The notes beneath the pieces were generated by a model. The model was not told the origin of the DNA and searched no databases. It saw nothing but the letters and a program-made list of their open reading frames with translations. This document shows, piece by piece, positions 10,791-20,000 of a DNA stretch of 20,000 nt. The position numbers and the translations under genes are program-made. Numbering within the stretch: the first letter of the stretch is position 1; every line of letters starts with the position of its first letter. The DNA comes from Vicugna vicugna (Eukaryota): positions 57,456 to 77,455 of the forward strand of contig MU058138.1 of assembly GCA_013265495.1 (NCBI GenBank), in the 5' to 3' direction.

Positions 10791-11174
10791 TTGCTAATTA
10801 TGCTTTCTTTTATACACTCTATGTTTCAGTTAGAAGCCCTAATTTGCCAAAATGCTAATCATTATATTTAAAATCTTGACATATCCATGAAGTTCTAAAT
10901 TATCTTATTCCTATCATTTTCATATTTTCATTTTATCTTTTGCCCTTGCTTAGTAACTCTTCTGTGCCATGATGGACTCATGGACATATAGAGTCTTTTA
11001 TAGAATAGCTTATCAAAGTATTAATGGTAAATGATAATGTTCTTTGTAAGACTTACAATCTGTTGTGCTCCATATTTTTGCAATTTTGAAAACTATCAAA
11101 ATCTTGTGATAGTTTAAATGCTCAACCTCACTTTCAGTAGTTGTCTCATCATAGAGTGAAAGCAGAGAGTGCAA

Positions 11175-11215
11175 GGACTGATGCTGGTCCATGGACCACA
11201 CATTACGTAGCACTG
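11175..11215. mobile_element. Terminal inverted repeat end of an hAT-Charlie-type DNA transposon; the body probably extends left toward ~10950
   Basis: CTGGTCCATGGACCACACATTACGTAGCACTG resembles the reverse complement of the Charlie/MER5-group end CAGTGCTACTCAAAGTGTGGTCC. It is followed by CTCTATGG, similar to the Charlie nTCTAnAn target. The other end was not identified. Confidence 0.55.
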
Positions 11216-11224
11216 CTCTATGGT

Positions 11225-11840
11225 GTCCATCCATCATAATTTACCTATGTGCTTTTGTAGTGAGGGAGAGCAGATTGCCAACAATTTGTCTTCACTACAA
11301 AGAACTCACTGTCAAAAATTTTCTAGGGTATTTTCCTATAGAAAAATATTTTAAGTCTGAGGGTATGCTTATATTTCATTTGACCAAGTTTTTTCAGATT
11401 GCTTTCCATAATGGCTGCACCAGTGCACACTCCTATTATTTGTGTATGGGGATCCCATACCCTCACTTCCTAGTGAATATTGGTATTTTCCTAATAAATT
11501 TTTAGCCAGGAAATCAGGTGTACTAGGTGATATATGATTTTATTTGTTTCCTTTCCCTTTAATTACAAATATATTTGATCATTATTTAATGTTCTCAGAA
11601 TTTTGAGATTCTATGGTTTTGTAAATTGTTTGTTAACTTTTTGGTGAAAGTTTTTATTGAGTTGATTGTTGATGGTATTTGTTTATCCAAGATTTGAATC
11701 TCTTGTCAGTTTTTGACTTAACAAATCTTTCTTACATTGTACCATCTACTAATTTTGTCTAAGATACCCTTTATACAATGAAATCTTTAAATTTAAAATA
11801 ACAATTTATCTTTTTTGCCTTACAGTTTGTTCTTTTGAAA
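11225..11840 (-). mobile_element. Ancient L1M/L1ME fragment
   Basis: TTTCTAGGGTAT...GAGGGTATGC...CAGATTGCTTTCCATAATGGCTGCACCAGT...ACACTCC and TTTTATTTG...TTTCCCTTTAATTAC resemble the reverse complement of the L1 ORF2 C-terminus. Confidence 0.7.
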
Positions 11841-12147
11841 AAAATAATTGAATAAAGATCATTTCTTTCACTAGCTTGTTTCTCCAGGACAGTAAAAAGC
11901 AATAAGAAAACTTTTTTTTTTCATTTTATGCTGGGTTTCTGGCATATGTTATTTGTGGCACTATGACTTTTCATATCATACAAATAATTTGATAAATGTT
12001 TGTTTTTTCTCAATATTTATTTATTTGTTTTTACAAAAGACTAACAGGATACTTACTGTAGTCTGTGTGTGTCTCTCTATGTATGAGCAAAATATTTAAA
12101 TATTTTAAACAATTATGTGGTTTGACTTGTTATTTAAAAATTTACAT

Positions 12148-12420
12148 GCAGACACTAGACCCAACTATTTTACAGAAACTACTACCAAACACTTATGGAG
12201 CAGAAAATTCTAGCATTACATAATCTTTTCCTCTAAGTCTCAAAGAAAGTATTACCCAACTCATTTCATGAGGCAAATGTAAACTTGACACCCAATTAAG
12301 TAAAGTTTGAGAAAAAAATTACAGCCAATTTCACTTATGAATATAGATGCAAACCCCTTTAAAAATACACATTCAATAATCAAATTCATTAACACATTAA
12401 ACAAATGGTTGTTAGGGTTT
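12148..12420 (+). mobile_element. Old L1M ORF2 fragment (region just before the RT domain)
   Basis: Encodes degenerate LPNSFHEA and [10 protein letters not shown] (compare L1 LPNSFYEA...[12 protein letters not shown]). Confidence 0.75.
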
Positions 12421-12719
12421 CAAAGAAGGGCCCAATTCTTCCTTTCTGTAGATTTGAACAAGTTGAGAAATAAAAGACAGTGTGTATATGGAGACCATTA
12501 TATCACCTTTAGACACCTGGGGGAAGACTTCATTAGTCAAGTGAAATTAGACTTCTGTAAGTCAAGTTGCTTGCTCATAATGAACACCATAAGCAAACAG
12601 GCTTATCCATCCAGTCTTGGTGGCAGTGACAGGGGCAGCCCTCTTGCACATTGTGGGGAAGCACCTCTGAAATGCAGGGGTCCATGGGCTTCAGCAGCCT
12701 GGCTGCTCCTAAGGGTGAG

Positions 12720-12815
12720 GGCAGAGCAGGGCACACCAGGTTGTTCTCAGATTTAACAATCAGGTAAGTCCCTCCACCTTTCTAGGAACTGAGTGAATAA
12801 AATGGGGACAGGGTG
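12720..12815 (+). mobile_element. Probable MIR core fragment
   Basis: GGTAAGTCCCTCCACCTTTCT...TAAAATGGGGACA resembles the MIR core GGCAAGTCACTTAACCTCTCT...TAAAATGGGGATA. Confidence 0.4.
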
Positions 12816-12939
12816 GCTGTGATTACATAAATTGAGCTCCACTCACAGAAGAGAAACAGCAGGAGCAGGGACAAAGTATTCTCCAGCAGCAGTCATGACC
12901 AAGTTGTACCAACGTGATGTTTCCCCTTATATTAGTTTA

Positions 12940-14045
12940 CAAGATCAATGCAATTTCAGTGAAATGCTTGAGAGAATTTCATGTACACCTTCAAAACTTA
13001 TAAAACTTATATGGAAAAGATAAGAGCTAAACATAGCTAAGAGAATTTCAGTGGATAAAAAGGGAGAATTTGTCCTTTCAGAAATCAGAACTAATTATAA
13101 AGCAACAATAATAGAGACAGTGTGGTATTGGTGTGAGGAGAGACAAGCAGGTCAATGGAACTGTGAGAAAGATCAGAAACAGGCTCACAAGTCACTGAAG
13201 CTTCAAGTATGAAAACAGTAGCATGCATAACAATGAAAAATGGCCCATTAAACTACTGTGCTATAAATGCTTGTGGGTATGAAATGTTATGTTGTATTTC
13301 TACTTTACATTTTATGAATCCTAAATGACTAAATTTAAATTATAAAGTTGTAAGATTAAAGCATAGCATAATATATATGACTTAGTTACGAAGTAAAAAA
13401 TTTAAATAAGACTTAAGTGCATAAAATGTAAAACACTGAAAATTCAACTTTAAATTAAAATTACCAACATTATAAAAAAGAAAAGATTAGATACTGACTG
13501 GGAATTTACTCAGATGAATTTGTTTGCAACACATATAAATGACAAGCAATCAGTATCCAGCATGTTTAAATAATTTCTATGAATTTCCCCAAGGGAAAAA
13601 TTCCCAAAAGACATAATCAGAACACTTATAGAAGGAAAATCTTAAATAGTCAATAGAAATATGGATATATATATACACAGCTCACTAATAAGGCAATGTA
13701 TTAACATTGCATGGAAATACAATTTTATAGTCCACAGCCTCTAAAATGCAAACTTTAGGTGAGAATGTGGACTCACTTTCTTTTTTGGAGAAATAAATTT
13801 GCATATTCATGTTGGGGACAAATTTGGAAATATTAGTAAAGTTAAACATTTATGTCCCTGGGTCCAGAATGTTTACTGTAGGGATATATTCTAAATTAAT
13901 TTTTGACCATGTAAACAAGGACATGTACACACATTTACATACACATGTAAATATATGTATGAATATGTGTATGTGTAAATATACTTATATACACACAAGA
14001 AGAGCCATAGCAGCATCTTTGAATATAGTAAAATATAAACTATTA
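12940..14045 (+). mobile_element. Ancient L1ME-type ORF2 C-terminal part and 3' region
   Basis: TCAATGCAATTTCAGTGAAAT, TATAAAGCAACAATAATAGAGACAGTGTGGTATTGG (YKATIIETVWYW), CAATGGAAC, TTTGCAACACATATAAATGACAA, GGTGAGAATGTGGA, CAAATTTGGAAATAT occur in L1 order. Confidence 0.75.
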
Positions 14046-14439
14046 AATAAATCAGTAATGAAAAGTAAGGTGCAGAATTTAGATGGTGGCTACAAGAATG
14101 GTTGAATTCTTTTAAATATATTTTTGTACATCTTAAATAGTGTGCAAGGACAGAAGTTTCTCAGAAAGACAAACCCCACCCCGACACCTCAGTAGAGGGC
14201 TCCTCACTCTGATGTGGGTAACTCTGGGCAGGTCTGTAGCTCCATGGATTGGAGGATCAGTTTGGGATGAGAAGGTGCCTTTAGAGGTGGGGAGTACAGC
14301 AAACCCACCTGCCCACCTGTGGGGATGTGGGCAATCCGGTTCTCTCAAACATCTTGAGAAGTAAAAAGAGTGGGGTAACTCTGTGGTGCTGGGATAAGAG
14401 ACAATTCTCCTCTTTCAACATTTAGTGATGGTCACAGGC

Positions 14440-14600
14440 CAATAAGTATGTGTGAGCTGCCTCCTTAGGTTAAATTTATTGTAAAACAGATTAACTGCAA
14501 CCCTTTCGAGGAGGCGTCCATGCAGTGTGTGGAAGCACTTGTCAGAGGAAGCTAGCACTGGTGTGAGTCCACTTAAACTAGAATCTTGATGAGATAATGA
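14440..14600 (+). mobile_element. Possible highly diverged MIR fragment
   Basis: TGTGTGAGC...TGTAAAACAG...TGTGGAAGCACTT...CTAGCAC loosely follows the MIR core and 3' layout. Confidence 0.3.
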
Positions 14601-14784
14601 CATTTACCATATTAATTTATTTCTCTTGTGTTAAAATAAAATGTATGACATATGGAGACAATTTTCAAGAGCTCTGGAAAACCAGTACAAGGGACACACA
14701 GACAATGTTAAGACAAATGCCCGAGCATTTTGAACCTCTTAACCTGTGCTGAACCCTGGAGGTTCTCAAGCTTCATTTATACTC

Positions 14785-15450
14785 AGCACTGTGCAGTAGA
14801 AAGGAGACAGGTATGGCTGGGTTTGAATTCCAGTTGCACTATCTCTTAGAGGCAAAGGATTTAGCTTCCTGTCTTCTCAATTCCAGCCTCTACAAAATGT
14901 GGATCACAGAATTACTGGGAAGTTGATAATGTTCATTGTTACACTGTGTACAATAGCAGAAGTTTGGAAATAGGGTTAACTAAGTCAGAGCAGATTCATA
15001 TTATGGATCAATACAGAGTCCAAAAAGTATGAGGAACATATATACTTTTATATATGTTTTACGAACGGTGCTCATGTCATGTTTTCAAATGAGCAGAACA
15101 AGCTGCAGAATAATACACAAAGTATGGACCCTTTTAAAATAAAAATTTCTTTCACTCTGAACTCTATTTTTCTCATTTTACTTACCCATGAAAAAGCTCA
15201 GAAAGAATTCACACCAAACTTATAAGGGATTATCCTTGGGAGTGAGAGTGGGGAGAGGAAGTCTTTAAACGTATAAAGTTCATCACCTTTTTTTTAAAAA
15301 AAAAAGCCTTAAGTATTTTGAAACAGAAGAGTAAGAGGAAGAGTGAAGTCTGGTTTGCAGTGATGTGACTTAAGGTGAGGTGATTTATGTAAAATTCCCA
15401 GCACAGGGCCAGCCACTGAGTGGGAACTCAAAACTGATTATAATAACACA
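14785..15450 (+). mobile_element. MIR split in two (~14785-14910 and ~15345-15450) by an L1ME 3' fragment
   Basis: 5' part: CTGGGTTTGAATTCCAG...GGCAAAG...CTCTACAAAATGTGGAT. 3' part: TAAGGTGAGGTGATTTATGTAAAATTCCCAGCACAGGGCCAGCCAC...CTCAAAA. Confidence 0.5.
14928..15310 (+). mobile_element. L1ME-type 3' end fragment
   Basis: ATGTTCATTG...CAATAGCAGAAGTTTGGAAA, AAATGAGCAGAACAAGCTGCAGAATAATACACA, GAAAGAATTCACACCAAAC...ATTATCCTTGGG resemble recalled L1ME 3'UTR sequence. Confidence 0.6.
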
Positions 15451-15480
15451 GTCAAATAACACACTAAAGGTATATAATAT

Positions 15481-15518
15481 CATTCATTCATTCATTCATC
15501 CAATCATATGTTCATTCA
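15481..15518. repeat. (CATT)n simple repeat, possibly an L2 tail remnant
   Basis: CATTCATTCATTCATTCATCCAATCATATGTTCATTCA. Confidence 0.7.
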
Positions 15519-15979
15519 CATCCTTCTCAGGCAACACACAGCTCAATTCAGGTCCCTCACTTCATTTCCATTTTGTCACCAAGGATGAAGTGATTACTCC
15601 TGGTCTTGGCTGAAACTTACTAGAAATTTGAGTCTGACCCATTTGCTCTACCATTTCCAGCATGCACTGGGAAGGCACATGGCTGATTTTTAAAAATAGA
15701 GTTTGCTTCTTTTTACTTACACTAGGGTTGCATCTAGATTTTTCTTTCTGCATCTGGTACAGGCTGATGGCCACCAAGTTCTCTGTGTATTTCTTTCTAA
15801 CTGGAGAGTTTAAAGCTTGAGCCTAAGGGATTGATACTTGCTCCCTTGAGAAACTGGGCTTCCAGGGGCTGAAATGGATTTGGAATGAACAATGTTCAAT
15901 AGTTATTTTCAGCTGAAGAATGTTTAAGTTTTCTCTAGAGAAATAAATTTAATCATGTTACTGTCATCAGGGACTTTGG

Positions 15980-15993
15980 GTGTGTGTGTGTGT
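15980..15993. repeat. Short (GT)n microsatellite
   Basis: GTGTGTGTGTGTGT. Confidence 0.8.
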
Positions 15994-16172
15994 TGCCTTG
16001 TTATAGAGCAAGGCTTTAAAATATTTTCTTGTTAAGAATCACTTTGAGCAATTCTTGCTATGTCTAAGAAGTTGTATTCAGGTCTAGAAAATTGATCTTG
16101 TCCCCCAGATCAGCAAAAAAACATGGAAATCTGGAAAAAAGATATCCAAAGCTAATCTAAATTTAAGATTAT

Positions 16173-16500
16173 AATTTCTTTGGATCTATTTCCTAGCAAA
16201 GGAAGCAAAAGGGAAAGTAAACAAATGGAACCTGATTAAATGTAAAGGCTTTTGCACAGCAAAGGATGCCATCAACAAAATGAAAAGATAATCTAGTGAA
16301 TGGGATAAAGTATTTTCAAATGACCCAACCAATGAGGGGAAAATAAATAGCTAGTATATATAAACAACTCATACAACTCAACATCAACCCCCCCAAAAAA
16401 TAAAACAAAAAAACAAAAAAGTTGCCCAAACAATATGATTAAAAAATGGGTAGAAGAACTGAACACACATTTTTCCAAAGAGGAAATTCAGATGGCCAAG
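16173..16500 (+). mobile_element. Internal L1 ORF2 fragment from a different subfamily than the full-length copy, without a 3' end
   Basis: AAACAAATGGAACCTGATTAAATGTAAAGGCTTTTGCACAGCAAAGG (NKWNLIKCKGFCTAK)...AAAAATGGGTAGAAGAACTGAACACACATTTTTCCAAAGAGGAAATTCAGATGGCCAA (KWVEELNTHFSKEEIQMA). L1 similarity stops abruptly there. Confidence 0.88.
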
Positions 16501-16579
16501 AATTTCTGTTCTTTAGAAGCCACTTGGTGTATGTAATTTATAATAGAGCTTGAACAAACACAACTGGAAACCACTACAA

Positions 16580-17077
16580 TACAATTCCAATTTTATTACA
16601 GCAAATAGACACAAATTATAACCACCTAAACAAACATACATAGATGATAAAGTCTGTGAGGTTCCAAGCTTGAAGCTTTCATTGTCCTCGGGGACATATT
16701 ACTTGCCAGGATGTCAACATGTTGCTATATGCGTGGACTTTGGCCAAGTCAGGAAGCTCACCTGAAACTTCAGTGTACACAGTTCCTTTTGGGGCTCTCT
16801 GTCACTGCCCATGTGGCTGATCTTTAGTTCTCAATCCCTCCTGGAGGTTCAGGGTTATACCTTTAGTTCCCAGTTCCTCTGGAGTTTGGAGCTGATAGGG
16901 CACATTCCAAAGCCCTGATCATAAGTCACACTGTTGGACTGTCCAGTGGCCAAAGCCTCCAGGCAAACAAAGCCACTCCTCTGAAGGATGGCATTTCAGG
17001 GTCTTTGAGGTCACCTCCCAGTAGGTGAAGACAAAGTTGGAACTTTTCTTCAGATAAGGTTAATTCTTCACTAAACA
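16580..17077 (-). mobile_element. MER21-like endogenous retrovirus LTR
   Basis: Minus strand begins TGTTTAGTGAAGAATTAACCTTA...CTGGGAGGTGACCTC...TTTGTTTGCCTGGAGGCTTTGGCCACTGGACAGTCCAACAGTGTGACTTATGA, matching the recalled MER21B/C 5' end. Contains an internal ~39-bp imperfect tandem repeat at ~16821-16897. Left boundary approximate. Confidence 0.75.
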
Positions 17078-17084
17078 CCCCCAC

Positions 17085-17276
17085 ATACATTAACTTCACC
17101 CAAGGCCATATCTCAGGTATGTAAACTATGACACGTACCACTCTAGCTACAGTGGAAGCTAGGAGGTAAGTACCTGTTTATCTGGCTGCATTACCTTCCA
17201 CATAACATCGGGTTTTTTTAGGGTGGAATGAGAGGAGAATGGAAAGGGGGTCAAAAAATCAGTATATTTTGCCATG
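17085..17276 (-). mobile_element. Old MaLR LTR fragment (MLT1K/L-like)
   Basis: CCACTCTAGCTACAGTGGAAGCTAGGAG...GGAGAATGGA...TTTGCCA resembles the reverse complement of the old MLT1 5' end. Confidence 0.55.
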
Positions 17277-17594
17277 ACTAGTGATGGTGAAGAGATTCTT
17301 TGTTTTTCAGTTTTTTAAATTATTGTCTTCTCCATGTCATTCTTGTTGAAAACTTTTACATGTAATATCATCTTTCCTTCCATTTTGGTCTAGACTAACA
17401 AAGTTAGCCATCTTTGCTATTCCTTGATCTCAAATTTTGGTTGAAGAACTGAGCCTTTATCATAATGTCTTAGAGACAGTTGGTGGACCCAACAATCTGG
17501 GATGAAACATGAGATGTTATAAGAACAGTTAGCAGTACTGGGATGTAGCTAGTATTTATTTTCCACGTGGGGCCATAGTCAAATTTTTGTGTGT

Positions 17595-17720
17595 ATTCTT
17601 TGCTCATTCTTTTACTAAGCACTTAATGAGCACATGATGTATTCCTGAATTAATGGATGCTGGGGACATAATAATGAGCAAAAGAAAAATTATCATTATG
17701 TTTACAGAGATTAAATTTGA
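17595..17720 (-). mobile_element. L2 3'-terminal fragment
   Basis: CTCATTC...AAGCACTTAATGAGCAC...GGATGCTGGGGACATAATAATGAGCAAAA resembles the reverse complement of the L2 3' end. Confidence 0.6.
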
Positions 17721-17814
17721 GTCTTTGTCATGCACACACCTATGGCAGTATAAATCATTTCCTGATCAGGGTGTCAGCTAAAAAATACTTATTCCAGGTA
17801 GGAACATTTTCTCA

Positions 17815-17975
17815 TAGGTTATAAATCAGGTCACAAATTATTTCCTTCAATGCAGGCACATCATTTCTATGTGATGTTGCAGGTCCTACCATTCAGTGGT
17901 AGAGTCAATGACTCCAATTCTTTGAATCAGGGTTGGCCATGTGACTTGCTATGGACAATGTGATACCAGCTAGTG
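17815..17975 (+). mobile_element. MaLR LTR 5' fragment (MLT1G/H-like)
   Basis: ATGTGATGTTGCAGGTCCTACCATTCAGTGGTAGAGTC...CTTTGAATCAGGGTTGGCCATGTGACTTGCTATGGACAAT. Confidence 0.7.
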
Positions 17976-18460
17976 CATAAAAACATCCCACTTGGATTTC
18001 TCTGGCACTCAGTGTTAGATTTATGCCCAAGCAAGGACTTAATCCTTATTGATTTTATAGCTTCTTTTACTTCCTCATTTCATTGTCAGTAGATAAGGAG
18101 ATTTAACATGGAATCATAATGCCACACTATAAGGATGTTTTCCCTACTCTTGAGAGTTGGTAGATCTAGGCTGTAAGTACATGCAAGAGGGGGCCCTAAA
18201 GAAAAGATAAGAGCTCAGGAGCAAGACAGAGCCCCTTTACTTCCCCTATCACAGAGGGCAAGCTCAGGATGGTAGATGATGCGTGTGTGTATGAGAAAAT
18301 AATGAGCAACACAGTTCAAAATTAAGTTAATCACAGGATAGATTAAAAAACATTTTCATGAAATATTTTATAATTGAATAATTGAGATGATTATAGATTT
18401 ATGTGCTGTTGTAAGAAATAACAGATGGAGATCCATTGTACAGTTTGTCCAGATTCCTCT

Positions 18461-18939
18461 TGTGATAGGCAGAGTAACAGTTCCCAAAGAATCTACATCT
18501 ATGAACACCTGGAATCTGTAAACCCATTAGACTGTGTGGCAAAGAGCAACTAAGGTTGTAGATAGAATGAAGGGTGCAAATTAGCTGACCTTGAGGTCAA
18601 GAGAATACTCTGAGTTTTCTAAGAGTCCCTAAAGTTGGAAGAGGGGTGTAGAAGAGTGAGAGTCAGAGGGCAATTTGCAGATGCTGTGATGTTGGCTTTG
18701 AAGATAGAGAAAATAAGCTATAAGTCAGGGAAAACAGGTGGCTTCTAAAAGCTGAAAAGAAATCAAGAAAATGGATTCTCCTCTAGTTTACTCAGAAAGA
18801 AATACAACCCTGATAACACTTCATCTAGAGACCCATTTGGAACTTCTGACTTCCAAAACTCTAAGATAATAAGTCTGTGTTGTTTTAAGCCACTAAACTT
18901 TTTGGTAATTTGTTATAGCAGCAATAGAAAACTAATACA
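18461..18939 (+). mobile_element. Complete solo MaLR LTR (MLT1D-like), 479 bp, with TG...CA ends and a 5-bp TSD
   Basis: Starts TGTGATAGGCAGA and ends TGTTTTAAGCCACTAAA...GGTAATTTGTTATAGCAGCAATAGAAAACTAATACA. Flanks are CCTCT (18456-18460) and CCACT (18940-18944). Confidence 0.9.
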
Positions 18940-19087
18940 CCACTAATAGTAAGGTTTTGAAAAAATTATAGTATAAAATCACAACCAGGATATCAACACT
19001 AATGCATTGCACTGATTTTATTCAGATTTCTCCAGTTTCCTCCAAACTCATTTGTGTATGTGTGCTTGTAGTAAGTTCTATAAATTT

Positions 19088-19176
19088 GCTTATTTATTTA
19101 TTTATTAATTAATGGTGGTACTGGGAATTGAACCTAAGATCTCATGCATGAATTTCACTGAGCTATATCCCTCCCC
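19088..19176 (-). mobile_element. tRNA-derived SINE (camelid Vic-1-like) with (TAAA)n tail and 12-bp TSD
   Basis: Minus strand reads GGGGAGGGATATAGCTCAGTG (A box, 19165-19156)...GGTTCAATTCC (B box, 19134-19124) CAGTACC...TAAATAAATAAATAA. Flanks TTCTATAAATTT (19076-19087) and TGCTAAAAATTT (19177-19188) match 10/12. Confidence 0.85.
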
Positions 19177-19431
19177 TGCTAAAAATTTTTATGATCCATG
19201 CTGATTTCTATTGTCACCACCCCAGTGAAGATACTGAACAGTTTTAAACAAGGATCTCATGTATTGTTCTTTTATAACACAACCTACACCTCATCCAACA
19301 CTTACTTCGCTCCATCCCTAACCCTGGTAACCATTCATTTGTCTTCAACATTCAAAATTTTGTCATTTCAAATATGTCTTATAACTAGAACTATACAGTG
19401 TACAACTTTGAGGTTTGGCTTTTTTTTTTTT

Positions 19432-19810
19432 NNNNNNNNNNNNNNNNNNNNNNNNNNNNNNNNNNNNNNNNNNNNNNNNNNNNNNNNNNNNNNNNNNNNN
19501 NNNNNNNNNNNNNNNNNNNNNNNNNNNNNNNNNNNNNNNNNNNNNNNNNNNNNNNNNNNNNNNNNNNNNNNNNNNNNNNNNNNNNNNNNNNNNNNNNNNN
19601 NNNNNNNNNNNNNNNNNNNNNNNNNNNNNNNNNNNNNNNNNNNNNNNNNNNNNNNNNNNNNNNNNNNNNNNNNNNNNNNNNNNNNNNNNNNNNNNNNNNN
19701 NNNNNNNNNNNNNNNNNNNNNNNNNNNNNNNNNNNNNNNNNNNNNNNNNNNNNNNNNNNNNNNNNNNNNNNNNNNNNNNNNNNNNNNNNNNNNNNNNNNN
19801 NNNNNNNNNN
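19432..19810. other. Assembly gap (379 N)
   Basis: Run of N flanked by T12 on the left and A13 on the right. Confidence 1.
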
Positions 19811-20000
19811 NAAAAAAAAAAAAATACATGAATGGATGCACAGAATACTGGTTCACTCAAGACAGGAGTTTATATTTTTTGTTCCCCTCAGTCTTGACGG
19901 GGCCCAAACAGCTTTAAGGCAGCTGATGATTTATGAAACATATGTGATTATGCAACAGACCACTGCTACTCTGCACAATGCCGGAAGGGATGTCTCTCTT

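Larger units (their letters stand above)
18350..19431 (-). mobile_element. L1MC1/2-like 3'UTR hosting an MLT1D LTR and a SINE; runs into the gap
   Basis: TTGTAAGAAATAACAGATGGAGATCC..., TATAGTATAAAATCACAACCAGGATAT...TTATTCAGATTTC, AAGATACTGAACAGTT, CCCTAACCCTGGTAACCA...AATTTTGTCATTTCAA are collinear once the two inserts are removed. Confidence 0.8.

Noticed and set aside
11186..11197. Perfect 12-bp palindrome GGTCCATGGACC
   Set aside because: Part of the Charlie-type transposon end, not an independent signal.
12741..12769. TTCTCAG|ATTTAACAATCAG|GTAAGT, an apparent 13-nt micro-exon with a perfect donor
   Set aside because: Weak pyrimidine tract, the donor overlaps a probable MIR core, and there is no supporting gene context.
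19088..19176. Possible tRNA gene (A and B boxes present)
   Set aside because: Box spacing is too short for a cloverleaf. The tail and TSD indicate a SINE.
19198..19917. ORFs of 138-239 aa
   Set aside because: Artefacts of translating through the 379-N gap.
1..20000. Prokaryote-type systems (CRISPR array, operon, retron or defence RT)
   Set aside because: The sequence is mammalian. The only RT is L1 ORF2, and there are no regularly spaced repeat-spacer arrays.

Overview
Mammalian, repeat-dominated DNA, very likely camelid, judged from a Vic-1-type tRNA-derived SINE at 19088-19176. No intact protein-coding gene is visible. The main element is a full-length but decayed ~7.3 kb LINE-1 on the minus strand (~3491-10790) with a 5'UTR carrying a YY1-like site, ORF1, a ~400 bp spacer, ORF2 and a 3'UTR. 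A degraded, 5'-truncated family-4 olfactory receptor pseudogene lies at ~1257-2170 (minus). The rest is older repeats (L2, MIR, L1ME/L1MC, MLT1, MER21, hAT-Charlie) and a 379-N assembly gap. The most notable observation is a 193-bp piece inserted cleanly into the OR pseudogene. It matches the neighbouring decayed L1, 3015 bp away, at 195/197 positions and shares its premature stop codon. It has no poly(A) tail or long TSD but has 4-bp and 2-bp junction microhomologies, so it looks like a locally templated DNA-repair insertion rather than retrotransposition. Repeat subfamily names come from recalled consensus sequences, not a database search. I see no evidence of a wholly new biological system.
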